A stretch of DNA of 64,000 nucleotides from Escherichia coli. GTDB taxonomy: Bacteria > Pseudomonadota > Gammaproteobacteria > Enterobacterales > Enterobacteriaceae. The DNA lies in NCBI RefSeq assembly GCF_050920415.1, contig NZ_CP169309.1, one strand, 5' to 3'. A model generated the notes under the pieces. It was not told the DNA's origin, ran no database searches, and saw only the letters and a program-made list of their open reading frames with translations. Positions 45,178-56,513 of this stretch are shown here, one piece after another; the stretch's first letter is position 1, and each line of letters starts with the position of its first letter. A program made the translations under genes and the position numbers.

Positions 45178-48100
45178 TCAGCTGATACTGATACCTGCTG
45201 TGGATTTCTTCATCACCACAACCAGCAGATCGCTGATACTGGTTGTTGGTGTCCAGTTATTCGCTCCTGATGAAGATACGGTGAATGTCAGTGTCAGCGT
45301 CCCCTGTCCGGCAGGCATATCTATAACTGAGGAAAATACGCCCTGAGCATCCGTCGTGGACTGATTAAAAATCTCCTGACCATTGCGGGTCACTCTTAAC
45401 CGGCAGGTTGAATACCAGTATGACTGTTGGTTATTACTGTTGAAATTCTCATGCTTACCACCACGGAACAACACTGGCGGTATCATGACCTGCCGGTCAA
45501 ATTTCTGATCATCACTGATTCTTACCGTGATGGTGCCACTGGCATAACTGTTCGTGCGGGGGAAAGACTTGCTGACCGTTTTGACAATATCGCCTTCAAT
45601 CTGGTTGGCTGACAGTTTCCCCTTAATCTGACAGTTCTCATTTATCGTGACGTTGTTGAGCGTCCCGGAGTTCGCATTCACGTTACCGCTGATATCGGCA
45701 TTTTTAGCGGTCAGCTTTCCGTCCGGTGTCAGGGAAAATGCAGGAGGATTACCGCCGCTGGTAATGGTGGGAGCCGTCAGATATTTCAGGAACACTTCAT
45801 TCATGAATATCTGATCACCCTGACCAACAAACATCGGTTTTGTGTTGCCATTTGCAGGATTAATCATCGCAATCCTGTCTGCCGCCAGCAGCACCTGACT
45901 CTGCATGCCGTCGGGGGTGTTCTCAATACCGGCACCGATACCCGCAATATAAAGGCGACCATCCTGCATCTGCTGCAGTTTCACGGCCCACATACTGTTC
46001 AGGTTATTACTGGTGTCCGTCTGAACCTTTTGTATCTGCTGGATGGTGGCCTCCTGATCTCCCAGCTTCTGGTCCGTTGTCGTCATGATTTCACTGCTTT
46101 TTTGATCCACATACTGGCGAACCTGCGCTATCTGGCGTGCATTCTCCTCATTACTCTGACTGACCGTCTGCGTGAGTTCGCTGCTGACGTTATCCACTCT
46201 CTGGCTCACCTGTGATATACCCAGTGACAGCTCATCATTTTTTTTCGCAACCAGCTGTGTGAGGCTGTTTTCTGTCTCCCCGATTTTTTGGGTCACTTCA
46301 GCAATATCACTCTCTATCTGCTGATTGATCTCATCCTCCAGTTGCTCAACTTCACTGCGCAATGCCGAGGCATTAATACGATCGTTCAGCTCCTGCCCCA
46401 GCAGGGTGCTGTTTATTTTCCCTTCAAAAAAATTGAGATACACCTCAGCATCATTAACCGGCTGGCCAACAGCTTCCACAAACGCTGATTTACCGACGAT
46501 GTTCACACTGCGGATATAAAAGTAATAATCATGGCCCGGCCTGATATTAATACTGGCAGCTGTCCAGTACATCGCCGTACCAAGATAGCGGGCTGTGGTT
46601 TCAACCTGCCGGATATCCGTAATCTGATTTTCCGAGAACCAGAACTCAAACTGCACCGTCGGGTCATACACCGCAAGACGCGGGACTGCCGTTATCTGAA
46701 AATACCCCGGTATCAGTTCAATCTGTGACGGCGCTGCCGGGGCGTTAATCCGGAATGAGGTGGTGGCGGGTTCCCCCTGCTGGCCATAACTGTTTATCGC
46801 CCGCACCGTCAGGGTGTATTCCCCCAGTGGCAGACCACTGAAACGGTGCGCCGTGTCTGCAGTGATGGCGTTGGTCACCAGACGGCTGTCTTCACCGCTT
46901 CCACGGTTCAGGCGCAGACTGAAGCGCACACCCTTCACCACCCGCGGCGTGTCCCATTTCGCCTGCGCCAGATACTGGCCATCATCCGCGCTCACCTCCA
47001 CCGTGAGGTGCTGCACTGCCGGAGGAGTGACGCTGTTCAGGGAGCCGGACAGCGGCTCAAAGGTGGCCCCGTTATCCACAATGGCTTCTTTTTCCGGTAC
47101 GTGCTGCACCGCCGTGATGGCAAAGGTGCCGTCCGTGTTTTCCCGGATGGCCACACAGCGGAACAGGCGACGTCGAAGGCCGGGAATTTTCAGCCCCCAT
47201 ACCCCGTATGTCGCCACGCCATCAGGCAGGGCGCTGACCTGTATCCGGTCAGGAGCAGGCTGTGCCGTGATGTCCACACTCACCGGCTTACCGCTGCCAT
47301 TAATCAGGTTCACCGTGGCGGTACCGGTCTCCGGAAGCGTCACCTCCCGGTCCAGCGTCAGGGTGAGACTGGCGGCATCGATGTTCAGAATGCGCCCGCC
47401 GGTCAGGGTCCCGGCGTAGTCGTTATCACAGACTTCAATGATGTCACCGGGCGTGTGGCGCAGCCCCTGTGATCCGAGCGTGAAATCCACCGTCTGCGTT
47501 TCCAGCAGTTCGGTCTTTATCACCCACAGTCCGGCACGGTGAGCCTGACCGCGACTGGTACAGCCGAACGCATCCATCTTCAGCAGATTACGTCCGTAGC
47601 GCAGTATGGCTTCCGGGTCTTCCACCAGTTCAGTGGAGGTCTGCCAACCGTTCTGCGGGTCGGTGTAATTCACCTCCACCGCCGTGTGCCGGTCCTTCAG
47701 GGCGCTGAAGCTGTAGCGGAAGCCCACACCGTTATCATCCACCACCACATCGCTGTTGGTGTAGGGCCACACCACATCCGACGGGCGGTCCTGCACGAAC
47801 GTCAGCGTCTGCCCGTTCCATACCGGCATACAGCGCATCGCCGAGCAGAAATCACTGAGCACATCCCACGCCTTACGCTGTTGTGACAGGTACGCATTAA
47901 ACGTCATCCGCGGTTCGGTCCCCCCGAAGCCATCCGGCACCGGCTGGTCGCAGTACTGCGCAATGGCATACAGAGCCCATTTGTCCACGTCTGCGGCCCC
48001 CAGACGTTTCCCCATCCCGTAGCGCGGGTGGGTCAGCATGTCCCACAGGCACCAGGCCGGGTTGTTGCTCCAGGCCGGTTTCATACACCCGTCCCAGATA

Positions 48101-48873
48101 CCGCTGTAAGTACGTTTTTCCGGGTCATAGTTTGACGGCACCTGAATGATGCGACCGCGGATATGGTAGTTCACAGTTATCTGCTGACCGCCAAACTGCT
48201 CCGCATCCACCTGCAGGCCCACAATGGCCGTGTTCGGGTAGCACTGTTCCACATCGATGATTTCGGTGTATGACGACCACAGCGTTCTGTTCTGCAGCTG
48301 GTCCGTGGTGCTGTCAGCCGTCTCCCTGACCATCCGGATGTTAAAGGGGCGCTCAGGCAGATTATTCAGAATCACCGACGTCAGGTACTGCGAGGTGGTC
48401 TTACCGTTAATGGTGACATCCTTTTCCGTCACCCAGCTACCGTTACGCTGCAGCTGAATCAGCAGACGAACAGAAGCCGGATTACGGTCGCCCCTGGAGG
48501 TGGTCTCCACCAGTGACTGTACCCCGAAGGTGACCCGCAGGCGGTCAATGTTCGCGGACGTGATGGTACGCGTCACCGGCTTTGCCTTCGTCACTTCCAC
48601 ACCCAGCGCAGTTTCAGCCCCGGAGGACTCAAAACCTTCCGGCGGGGTCTGCTCCTGCTCCCCGGCGCGCCAGACGGCGGTCACACCGTGTATCACGGGA
48701 TTGCCGTCCGTGTCCGTCAGCGGGGTTTTATTCACCAGGATACTCTGCAGTCCCTTCACCGGGCCTTCTATCGGTCCCTCTCCAATCGCATCAATCACGC
48801 TCATCATCTGCGTGGACTTAAGATTGTCCTTTGCCTCAACTGGCGTGTGCGCCTTGCCGCCACCTTTTCCCAT
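45178..48873 (-). CDS. J: tail tip host-specificity protein J
   Basis: ORF 45178-48909; ATG at 48873 gives [37 protein letters not shown], lambda gpJ-like N-terminus; 1231 aa. Confidence 0.93.
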   Translation of the reverse strand: MGKGGGKAHTPVEAKDNLKSTQMMSVIDAIGEGPIEGPVKGLQSILVNKTPLTDTDGNPVIHGVTAVWRAGEQEQTPPEGFESSGAETALGVEVTKAKPVTRTITSANIDRLRVTFGVQSLVETTSRGDRNPASVRLLIQLQRNGSWVTEKDVTINGKTTSQYLTSVILNNLPERPFNIRMVRETADSTTDQLQNRTLWSSYTEIIDVEQCYPNTAIVGLQVDAEQFGGQQITVNYHIRGRIIQVPSNYDPEKRTYSGIWDGCMKPAWSNNPAWCLWDMLTHPRYGMGKRLGAADVDKWALYAIAQYCDQPVPDGFGGTEPRMTFNAYLSQQRKAWDVLSDFCSAMRCMPVWNGQTLTFVQDRPSDVVWPYTNSDVVVDDNGVGFRYSFSALKDRHTAVEVNYTDPQNGWQTSTELVEDPEAILRYGRNLLKMDAFGCTSRGQAHRAGLWVIKTELLETQTVDFTLGSQGLRHTPGDIIEVCDNDYAGTLTGGRILNIDAASLTLTLDREVTLPETGTATVNLINGSGKPVSVDITAQPAPDRIQVSALPDGVATYGVWGLKIPGLRRRLFRCVAIRENTDGTFAITAVQHVPEKEAIVDNGATFEPLSGSLNSVTPPAVQHLTVEVSADDGQYLAQAKWDTPRVVKGVRFSLRLNRGSGEDSRLVTNAITADTAHRFSGLPLGEYTLTVRAINSYGQQGEPATTSFRINAPAAPSQIELIPGYFQITAVPRLAVYDPTVQFEFWFSENQITDIRQVETTARYLGTAMYWTAASINIRPGHDYYFYIRSVNIVGKSAFVEAVGQPVNDAEVYLNFFEGKINSTLLGQELNDRINASALRSEVEQLEDEINQQIESDIAEVTQKIGETENSLTQLVAKKNDELSLGISQVSQRVDNVSSELTQTVSQSNEENARQIAQVRQYVDQKSSEIMTTTDQKLGDQEATIQQIQKVQTDTSNNLNSMWAVKLQQMQDGRLYIAGIGAGIENTPDGMQSQVLLAADRIAMINPANGNTKPMFVGQGDQIFMNEVFLKYLTAPTITSGGNPPAFSLTPDGKLTAKNADISGNVNANSGTLNNVTINENCQIKGKLSANQIEGDIVKTVSKSFPRTNSYASGTITVRISDDQKFDRQVMIPPVLFRGGKHENFNSNNQQSYWYSTCRLRVTRNGQEIFNQSTTDAQGVFSSVIDMPAGQGTLTLTFTVSSSGANNWTPTTSISDLLVVVMKKSTAGISIS

Positions 48874-49116
48874 TGCCTCACCCTTTACTGTGATAACTGT
48901 TACGCACAAAAGAACAGGCCCCCCGGGGATGCCTGTATCATAATGACTGAATAAAAATTCTGAGTTTATTCACATTTCCGGAAACTGACGGTTGCAGGAA
49001 TAACTCCACATTTTTACAGTTCTTCAGCCTGATAAAGGCAATTGGTCAAAACTTAACTAATCAAGGTGACTATTCATTTCTCCCGTAATATTCGTGAGTA
49101 TTACGGGAGATTTTTT

Positions 49117-49761
49117 TTATCCTCTGCCGATAACCACCACTTTCCCGTCACCACCTTCATCACGGGTACTGATGTCCTGGGATATCCGTCGGGAACCAAC
49201 CAGCATTTCACCGTATGGCACCGGCACCGGATTACCCTGAGCAATCATATTGTCCAGCGAGGAAAAGTAGGTGTTCTGTCTGCCGTTATCCGTTGTCCGG
49301 TAATCCGGTGTTTTTGCCTTCGGGGCCAGCATCTGTGCCACCCCACCCAGCGCCATTGCAGTCCCCATGGCAAACATAATATTGCTGGCTGCAATACCGA
49401 TACCCGGCATCCAGATAGCTGCCGCAGCCAGCGCAACGCCAAGAACCGCCTGAAACACACCCCCACTTTTGGCTCCTTCAGTCCGGGGTACCAGATGAAT
49501 GACATCCCCCGGGCTCAGTGGCTCATGCAGTCGGGTCGATATCTGGTCCGGCGCAGTATCCTCACCGGCAATACGTACCCGGTACCAGCCTTCGGTCATC
49601 TGACGGCGGAATCCCGGCAGCTGCAGAGACAGCGCCCGGATGGCTTCCGCTGCCGTGTTCACATACAGGCTGAGGCGGCGGCCAAATCGTTGTAAATCCC
49701 CGTGAAGGCAGATGCGGACCAGTGGCGGTGATGCCAGACAGAATGCGTTCGTCGTTGCCAT
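49117..49761 (-). CDS. I: tail assembly protein I
   Basis: 214-aa ORF; ...ICLHGDLQRFGRR... and ...NTYFSSLDNM..QGN..PV.YGEM.VGSR resemble lambda gpI. Confidence 0.88.
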   Translation of the reverse strand: MATTNAFCLASPPLVRICLHGDLQRFGRRLSLYVNTAAEAIRALSLQLPGFRRQMTEGWYRVRIAGEDTAPDQISTRLHEPLSPGDVIHLVPRTEGAKSGGVFQAVLGVALAAAAIWMPGIGIAASNIMFAMGTAMALGGVAQMLAPKAKTPDYRTTDNGRQNTYFSSLDNMIAQGNPVPVPYGEMLVGSRRISQDISTRDEGGDGKVVVIGRG

Positions 49762-50402
49762 TTTTCAGAATACCTCTCCCGTTTACTCAGTTGTTCAGGT
49801 ATATGGTGAAGCAGTTCACCGTTACCGCAGTAAATGGCGGCGTGATTGGCCACCGATGCGCCAAAGCAGCACAGCAGGATATCGCCCGGCTGTGCAGAGG
49901 GCAGGGGCACCCGGTAAAAGCCCGTGGCCTCCATATTGTCCAGGTACAGGTTCTGGCCGTTGCGCCACCACTCATCCTCGCGCGCAAAATCCGGCAGCGT
50001 TATCCCTGCCAGATGGTATGCATCCCGGAACAGGGTGTAACAGTCCGTCACACCATGTTCAAAGCGCCGTCCGGTCAGGTGCGGCACACAGCGGAACTTG
50101 TGAATCGCCCCCCGGCAGACCAGCCACCAGGACAGGGCACTTTTCACCTGCAGCCGCCGGTCCGCCTCGCTCAGCCAGGGCAGACCACCGGGATGACTGT
50201 GGACCAGTGCCACAATCTCCCCCTGCATCTCTGCCCGCAGCCAGTCCTCCGGTGCAATACGAAAATATGCCTCAGGCTCTGCGGAGGTATTCACGCAGGG
50301 AAGATACCTGTCTCCCTCCGGCGTTCTCACCACGAAGCCGCACGACTCCGCAGGCGCACACCGCCGGGCATGCGCCAGAATCGCTGATTCAGTCTGTGTC
50401 AT
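49659..50402 (-). CDS. K: tail assembly protein K (Mov34/NlpC-P60-type)
   Basis: ORF 49659-50663 contains a K-like protein from the ATG at 50402 (MTQTESAILAHARRCAPAESCGF...HSHPGG...); 247 aa; overlaps the start of I by about 100 nt. Confidence 0.8.
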   Translation of the reverse strand: MTQTESAILAHARRCAPAESCGFVVRTPEGDRYLPCVNTSAEPEAYFRIAPEDWLRAEMQGEIVALVHSHPGGLPWLSEADRRLQVKSALSWWLVCRGAIHKFRCVPHLTGRRFEHGVTDCYTLFRDAYHLAGITLPDFAREDEWWRNGQNLYLDNMEATGFYRVPLPSAQPGDILLCCFGASVANHAAIYCGNGELLHHIPEQLSKRERYSEKWQRRTHSVWHHRHWSASAFTGIYNDLAAASACM

Positions 50403-50412
50403 AAAATGGGAT

Positions 50413-51111
50413 TTACTGCGAAAGTTTATTAATGGAAAGGAAACCGCCAAAATTAGCGACCATGCCGCGCATCTCACACCCGCGCATGCACTTGCTGCAT
50501 TTGTCCTTACGGATATCTGTGGTGGGTTTATCGAACTCATCCGCCACTGCCGGACCGTTATACCCGCATTCATCTCCCCGGTAATCCCACATACAGGTAT
50601 TCGCCAGCATAATGCGACCGGGAAACAACGCCCCGTCCGTCTCGGTCGGAGTGGCCAGCACAAACGAGGCCGTCATGGCCGTCAGCTCTGACATCTGCTC
50701 CACCACCCAGCGGTCGCTCAGCTCCTGCTCCGGGTCCGCCTCCGGATTGCCCGCAACGAAATTCACCGCATCCAGAAAACGCGCATACACCCGGCGGCGG
50801 ACCACCGTTGCCCCCACCAGACTCTGCAGGTCCTCCGCCATCCCGGTGACAAGGCCAAACAGATTGGACACCGTCAGCGACGGTCTGGCACTGCTGCCCT
50901 TCCCGTTCATCTCAAAGCCGCTGCCGTCAATCGGGTATGCCTGATATTCCCGCCCCTGCCAGGTCACCGGCTCCCCTTTTTCATTCAGCTCATTGCAGAA
51001 AAAATACCGCTCACCGCCCTGCACCGTCAGGTCGATTTCCCAGAGTACCACCCGCGGTGACTGCTCTGATTTAACCGACTCGTTAAGACTTTCTTCGTGG
51101 ATATCCTGCAT
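50413..51111 (-). CDS. L: tail tip assembly protein L
   Basis: 232-aa ORF, same length as lambda gpL, with conserved C-terminal Cys cluster. Confidence 0.9.
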   Translation of the reverse strand: MQDIHEESLNESVKSEQSPRVVLWEIDLTVQGGERYFFCNELNEKGEPVTWQGREYQAYPIDGSGFEMNGKGSSARPSLTVSNLFGLVTGMAEDLQSLVGATVVRRRVYARFLDAVNFVAGNPEADPEQELSDRWVVEQMSELTAMTASFVLATPTETDGALFPGRIMLANTCMWDYRGDECGYNGPAVADEFDKPTTDIRKDKCSKCMRGCEMRGMVANFGGFLSINKLSQ

Positions 51112-51440
51112 CAGTTCACCACCTGCTTAAACTCCGCGCTGAACTCAACGCGCAACATCCCGACCCGCGCAGACCACCCGGCACAGGTCACCTTTATCTG
51201 CCGGTATGCATAAGGCGGTGTCCACAGAAACGCCTTCCAGCCACCGTGCTCTGCCAGGAACGCCTCCAGATGCCGGGCCTCCTCCCGGGTCACGGAAAGC
51301 ATCACCCTGTATGTTTTCAGGTCAGCATTCAGTCCCGCCGCCATGCGCTGCGAATACCCGTCACCAAAACGCACTTCACGCACCGATGACTGCGAGTTCA
51401 CCTCCATATCCGGCTTCACTTTCCAGTGAAATGTTTTCAT
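51111..51440 (-). CDS. M: minor tail protein M
   Basis: 109-aa ORF, same length and position as lambda gpM. Confidence 0.9.
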   Translation of the reverse strand: MKTFHWKVKPDMEVNSQSSVREVRFGDGYSQRMAAGLNADLKTYRVMLSVTREEARHLEAFLAEHGGWKAFLWTPPYAYRQIKVTCAGWSARVGMLRVEFSAEFKQVVN

Positions 51441-53947
51441 CGCCCGCTCCCTGATAACATACCGCCATCACGTAACTGCAGCCGGAGCTCATCCTGCGCC
51501 CCCTTACGGGCCATGTCATACACCGCTTTCATCAGCTGCGGCCCCGCCTGTCCGTTGATACCGTCGTTCTGAATCACCACGTGATTGTTCTGATTAAAAT
51601 TAATGCCTTCCACCCGCCGCATCTGCGCCGGACTTCCGGCACCACCCACATAACCACCTTCCGCATAGCCATGCATCAGGCGGTACAGGTTGCCGACGCC
51701 AATCCGGCTGGTCGCCTCCTTCGTGAAGACAAACTCCCCGCGGTGAACAATCCCCGCAGGCTCGTATTTGCCGCCAGTACCTGTAAAACCACCACCGGCA
51801 AACCCAATGGCACTACCGATACTCCCGACAATCCCCACCATTGCCTGCTTAAGCAGAATTTCTGTCATCATGGACAGCACGGAGCGGGTGAAGCTGCGCC
51901 AGTTCTGTTCACTGCCGGTCAGCATCGCCGCCATATTCTGCGCAATACCATCAAAGGTCTGCGTGGCCGCGCTTTTAACCTGCGAAAAACTGTCCATGGC
52001 ACTTTCCGCCCACTCACCCCAGCCGGATTTCAGCCCGACCATCCAGCTTCCACGAAGCTGCTCCTCCGCAGACCAGGTGTTCTTCAGTGCAGATGTGGCC
52101 TTCGCCAGCGCATCCGGATTATCACCGTACACGTCACGAAGGCGCTGCTCTTCCGACTCCCGCTGCGCCTGACGGTCGGTGAGGCCGCGGGCTTTTGCGC
52201 TGATGGCGGCCTGCTTCGCGCTCTGCTGCTGTTCAAACCGCGCCGCCTGCTGTGCCAGCTCATTCAGCCGTTTCTGGTGTTCAACCTTGTCGCCCAGGTC
52301 AGCCAGCTGGCGTTTGTACTCCAGCGTCTCTTTCTCATGGGCCAGCAGCGATTTTTCCTGCCCGGATAACTGCCGTTTCGTGGCGGCCTCTTTCAGGACC
52401 GCATACTGATTTTCCGCTTTCCATAAATCACGGCGCTGCTGGCTGATTTTCTCATTCGCACCGGCATGCTTCTCCAGCGTCCTGAGCTCAGTTTCAAGCG
52501 CCAGCATGGCTGCATGCGCCCGGTCTTCCTGACGCTCCCCGGCTGACACTTTGACACCTGACGACTTCGGTTTTTTCAGCGTCGATTCATAATCCTTTTT
52601 CGCCGCCGCCATCAGCGTGTTGTAATCCGCCTGCAGGATTTTCCCGTCTTTCAGGGCATTATTCAGCTCTTCCTGCCGGTCAGTATATTTCTCCAGTGGC
52701 GTCAGCAGGCGCTCATACGCCTTCTGCGCCTCTCCGGTATACTTCAGCTGTGACGCCTCACGCTCAGCCCGGTCCCTTGCCACCAGTTCACCGGCTTTTT
52801 CCATATCCGACTGCAGCGTGGCTGCCGCCAGCCCCAGACGGGCATTTTCACGGTCATCCCATGCACCCTGAAGGTTGGCACGGAAAGAGGAGGTCTTTCC
52901 CCGGCGCTGACTCCGGCTCTGGTACCACTGCCATTTTTTATCCGCCTCATCAAATGCCTTCTGCGCACTGGCGAGCATATCCGCTGAGGATTCAGGACGA
53001 CCGATATCCAGGATGGCATCCCACATCAATTTGAATGCCTTCCCGGTTTTATCCGCCCAGGTTTCCAGCGTCCCCATGTTTTCTTTCAGGCGACGGGTCT
53101 GCTCATCAAAGCCTTTTGTGGCGATATCGTTCGCCGCCTGTAAGGCCCCTGCCTCATCACCCGAACGCTGCAGCTGCGTAACATACGCAATCTGCTCTGC
53201 CGTCACGTTACGGAACTGGCGCGCCATAGCCATCAGTCCCGACGTCGGGTCGGTGGTCAGCTTTCCAAAAGCCTCTGCAACCTTGTCCACTTCCACACCG
53301 GATGCAGAAGCAAAACGCGCCACACTCTGGTTGATGGCATCAAACTGTTCACCACCACGCACACCGGCATTCACCAGGGCTGCCAGTGACTCACTCGCCT
53401 GGTTAAACGTCAGCCCTGCTGCCTGTCCGGCTCTGGAGAGCGTCAGCATGCGAGCGGCAGTCAGTCCGGACTGATTACCGGAAAGAACCAGGGTTTTATT
53501 AAACGCTGAAAGCATGGAATCCCCCTGGTACCAGGCATACGCCAGCGCACCTGTCGCCACCGCCAGCGAGGTGACCCCGACCATCGGCAGGGTGATCGCA
53601 CCGGCAAGCCCCCTGAACATGGGGAGCATCCCGCCGAAGGCGTCCTTCACCTGACCGCCCTGTTGCAGCAGAATAAGCCAGGGATTCTGACCACCGGCAA
53701 GCTGCGTGGCGATATCCGTAAACTGTGCAGGCAGGGTACGCATGGCCGCTTTATACTGCCCGACGGAAATCCCGGCTTTTTGTGCAGCCAGCGCCTGACG
53801 GCTCAGGCCCTGTTCAACAGCACTGGCGGTTTTTCTGGCGTCGGTATCCAGTCCTGAAAAATGACGCCTTACCCGGCTTATCTGCTCATCGAAACGGACC
53901 GCATCCAGACTCAGGTCAATAACAAGATCACCAACCGGCTGGGACAT
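51437..53947 (-). CDS. H: tail tape measure protein H
   Basis: 836-aa ORF closely resembling lambda gpH along its length. Confidence 0.93.
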   Translation of the reverse strand: MSQPVGDLVIDLSLDAVRFDEQISRVRRHFSGLDTDARKTASAVEQGLSRQALAAQKAGISVGQYKAAMRTLPAQFTDIATQLAGGQNPWLILLQQGGQVKDAFGGMLPMFRGLAGAITLPMVGVTSLAVATGALAYAWYQGDSMLSAFNKTLVLSGNQSGLTAARMLTLSRAGQAAGLTFNQASESLAALVNAGVRGGEQFDAINQSVARFASASGVEVDKVAEAFGKLTTDPTSGLMAMARQFRNVTAEQIAYVTQLQRSGDEAGALQAANDIATKGFDEQTRRLKENMGTLETWADKTGKAFKLMWDAILDIGRPESSADMLASAQKAFDEADKKWQWYQSRSQRRGKTSSFRANLQGAWDDRENARLGLAAATLQSDMEKAGELVARDRAEREASQLKYTGEAQKAYERLLTPLEKYTDRQEELNNALKDGKILQADYNTLMAAAKKDYESTLKKPKSSGVKVSAGERQEDRAHAAMLALETELRTLEKHAGANEKISQQRRDLWKAENQYAVLKEAATKRQLSGQEKSLLAHEKETLEYKRQLADLGDKVEHQKRLNELAQQAARFEQQQSAKQAAISAKARGLTDRQAQRESEEQRLRDVYGDNPDALAKATSALKNTWSAEEQLRGSWMVGLKSGWGEWAESAMDSFSQVKSAATQTFDGIAQNMAAMLTGSEQNWRSFTRSVLSMMTEILLKQAMVGIVGSIGSAIGFAGGGFTGTGGKYEPAGIVHRGEFVFTKEATSRIGVGNLYRLMHGYAEGGYVGGAGSPAQMRRVEGINFNQNNHVVIQNDGINGQAGPQLMKAVYDMARKGAQDELRLQLRDGGMLSGSGR

Positions 53948-54799
53948 ATCTCACACCTCCAGGAATCCCCGCTGAAGCCATCATTAATGCGACATCATCC
54001 TCACTGACATCCACCACATCCGCAGAAGGTGAAATATCGCCCCCTCCTTCCCCACCAAACCGGATGCCTCCGGCAAGTCCTGCCGCTTTCTGCATCAGCA
54101 TTTTTTCCTCATCCGCCATCTCCGTCTGCTCTTCCTCACGCCGGGGGGCAAGCAGACTGAAGTCCGAGGGATACATATCCGGATCGCAAAAAAACAGGCT
54201 GAGTACGGTGTACGTCAGCCCGGAAAAATGCATATCCAGTTGGGTATCGTGAAAATAATGCGTGCGGTAAAAATGTCGCCAGTCGGCATATTCGGTGGAT
54301 GTCATCCCGGCAAGCATGGCGCGCCAGTCAGGCCTCCCCATCTCACGCGCCAGTCTGAGGGCAAAATTCAGCTCGCCGTCGAAGACTTTCCCGCAGAAAA
54401 ATCATCATCAGTAAGCGCATTATTTTTCTCCACTTCGGTGATATCCGTATCCACATGAACAGGCTCACTCATCCCGGACAGACGCAACACCACGTCTTCC
54501 GCCCGGGCAATGGCATCAGCAGGCCAGGTGGTCAGGACTTCCTGCTCAATCTGCATCACAGCCTCATTCATTGACGGTGACTCCGTTTTCTGCGGATGGT
54601 TATGCCACAGGGACATCGCCACCAGAAACGCCCCGGTTCTGACAAGGTCTTCCACGCTCACCTGCAGGTTGCCGCTGGCTTCAGACTCTTCTGCCCGCCG
54701 TTTCAGGAGGGCAAGATGCTCTATACGCTGCAGCGCAGACAGTTCGGAAAGGGTGACGGACACACCGTTATATTCAAATTCTTCTGTTTTCAGAAACAT
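53928..54799 (-). CDS. GT: tail assembly chaperone G-T fusion, made by programmed -1 ribosomal frameshift
   Basis: T reading frame (ORF 53928-54341) is open upstream to the G GGA AAG slippery heptamer near the end of G; shifting -1 there reads ...GKVFDGELNFALRLAREMGRPDWRAM... into the T frame. Confidence 0.8.
54368..54799 (-). CDS. G: tail assembly chaperone G
   Basis: 143-aa ORF between V and H as in lambda. Confidence 0.88.
   Translation of the reverse strand: MFLKTEEFEYNGVSVTLSELSALQRIEHLALLKRRAEESEASGNLQVSVEDLVRTGAFLVAMSLWHNHPQKTESPSMNEAVMQIEQEVLTTWPADAIARAEDVVLRLSGMSEPVHVDTDITEVEKNNALTDDDFSAGKSSTAS
54386..54392 (-). promoter_or_regulatory. programmed -1 frameshift slippery site G GGA AAG (G to G-T)
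   Basis: Plus-strand ctttccc; on the minus strand gcG GGA AAG in the zero frame of G, 6 codons before the G stop. Confidence 0.8.
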
Positions 54800-54812
54800 G
54801 TATTACCTCCGT

Positions 54813-55565
54813 TTACCCTGCAGCGCCCGCTTCAGTAACGGTGACTTCAGCTACCGTGGCAAACTGACCATTACCGGAAATCACGGGGATACTCACTTTT
54901 CCAGCCTTAACCCCCGTCACAGTGATCACCATATCTTTCACAGCAATGGTTCCCGTTGACGGATCGGCGGAAACCGCTCTGAACGTCTTGTCGGTTGCAC
55001 TTTCCGGCTCAAAAGAAACAGTCAGGGTGGTTGCTTTCCCTTTTTCCACAGTACCGGATGTCGGCGTCACCTTAATTGCAGTGACCGGCGTAATTTCGCT
55101 GCGTTCTTCCGCCACGGAGGGTTTGCCCACGTTGGTAACTTTCACTGTTCGGGTGATCACTTCTTTCGCCGTCACGGCCTTACCGATACTGCTGACCCAG
55201 CCACGAAACACATCCACCGTGCCATTCGGAAAACGGATTTTATAGGCCCGGACATCGCCGCTTTCAAACCAGCCTATAAGCCCTTTCTGGCCTTCCTCTC
55301 CCGGTTTCCAGGCCAGCGTAAAACTGGTATCACCCGCAGATTTCTGTCCCTGCCCGGTCGCGGTCCAGTCCGCGTCTTCATCATCCAGGTAGTTATCATC
55401 GTAGGATTCTGCCGTCATCTCGCCGGGTGTCAGATCCTTCACCTTAGCCAGTCGCTGCCAGTCATCGTCTGACAACGGGTTTGCATAAGCATCACCCGTG
55501 CCGGTGTAAACCCACAGTGTGGTACCGGCACCTTTTACCGGCGCCAGGGGATTTGGTGTTGCCAT
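54813..55565 (-). CDS. V: major tail protein V
   Basis: 250-aa ORF; N-terminal tail tube domain plus C-terminal Ig-like region, lambda gpV-like. Confidence 0.92.
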   Translation of the reverse strand: MATPNPLAPVKGAGTTLWVYTGTGDAYANPLSDDDWQRLAKVKDLTPGEMTAESYDDNYLDDEDADWTATGQGQKSAGDTSFTLAWKPGEEGQKGLIGWFESGDVRAYKIRFPNGTVDVFRGWVSSIGKAVTAKEVITRTVKVTNVGKPSVAEERSEITPVTAIKVTPTSGTVEKGKATTLTVSFEPESATDKTFRAVSADPSTGTIAVKDMVITVTGVKAGKVSIPVISGNGQFATVAEVTVTEAGAAG

Positions 55566-55572
55566 ATCGTCC

Positions 55573-55968
55573 TCACATCTCGTATGTAATGGAATAAGTC
55601 AGATCTGCAGAACTCCACAATGCCATATCGTCATCACGACGATAGTCATAGCCCTGCGTAACCATCGTGGTAATCATGCCTGCCAGTGCAGGGATCGCCG
55701 CCATCGCCGGGTAAATCCGGCTTTCCATCCACTGATCAAGCTCTGAATCCGGTACCTGTGCCGGTAAAAACACCTCAATATGCAGTGTGGCCCGCCAGGT
55801 ATCTGCATCCAGCTCTTCACCGGTATACTCTGCATCCGTCAGATAAACCGCGACCGCGGGAAAATCCTCTTCGTCAAAAACAACGGGGCGACCATCAAAC
55901 AGCGTCGCCCCGTGTTCATGCTGCTCCAGTGCATCCAGCACTGCCCCGCGGATATCAGTATGTTTCAT
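55573..55968 (-). CDS. U: tail terminator protein U
   Basis: 131-aa ORF, same length and position as lambda gpU. Confidence 0.9.
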   Translation of the reverse strand: MKHTDIRGAVLDALEQHEHGATLFDGRPVVFDEEDFPAVAVYLTDAEYTGEELDADTWRATLHIEVFLPAQVPDSELDQWMESRIYPAMAAIPALAGMITTMVTQGYDYRRDDDMALWSSADLTYSITYEM

Positions 55969-56498
55969 CGTTTTATCGCAATCCTCAGTTGTTGTTTCAG
56001 CGCGTATGCCAGTTCTTCTGGCAGGCGTTCACGCCGGATACGGTCAACGTTCTCATCAAACGCCTGTTTCAGCGGGGCCGCCATCGGGATTTTCACCACA
56101 TCAATGGGGTAACGGTTTTTCCCGGCCACACGCTGCATGACATGCCAGCGACCGTTTTTTAATCGCTGGATAAATGCCCGCTGATACCGATGCTGACCAG
56201 CTTTAAGTATGCTGTTCGGACGACGGCCCAGCCTCCTGATCCCCAGCTTAATCACAGGAAGATCACCGCGGTTAACGATAATTTTTGCATTCGGATTTCT
56301 GACCGTCGCCCTTTTCAGCCTGGCCCTTTCCTTTACCAGTTTCCGGCGTACCTTTGTCTCACGGGCAACCTGTGACGCCGACTGATTTATTGCCGTTGTG
56401 GCCACACGGTTAATGGCCATTGCTGAAGCAGCAGGAATGGCGTTTTTACGAACCCGGCTCAGATTATCAATCGCCTGATCAAGCCCTTTTATCGCCAT
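55965..56498 (-). CDS. Z: tail completion protein Z
   Basis: 177-aa ORF at the lambda gpZ position. Confidence 0.85.
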   Translation of the reverse strand: MAIKGLDQAIDNLSRVRKNAIPAASAMAINRVATTAINQSASQVARETKVRRKLVKERARLKRATVRNPNAKIIVNRGDLPVIKLGIRRLGRRPNSILKAGQHRYQRAFIQRLKNGRWHVMQRVAGKNRYPIDVVKIPMAAPLKQAFDENVDRIRRERLPEELAYALKQQLRIAIKR

Positions 56499-56513
56499 AA
56501 TTTCACCCTGCGT

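Noticed and set aside
49659-49761. 103-nt overlap between tail genes K and I, possibly indicating a frameshift or misassembly
   Set aside because: The K C-terminus (...ASAFTGIYNDLAAASACM) reads as a normal protein end and tail assembly genes commonly overlap; I cannot verify lambda K length from memory, so I do not call this an anomaly.
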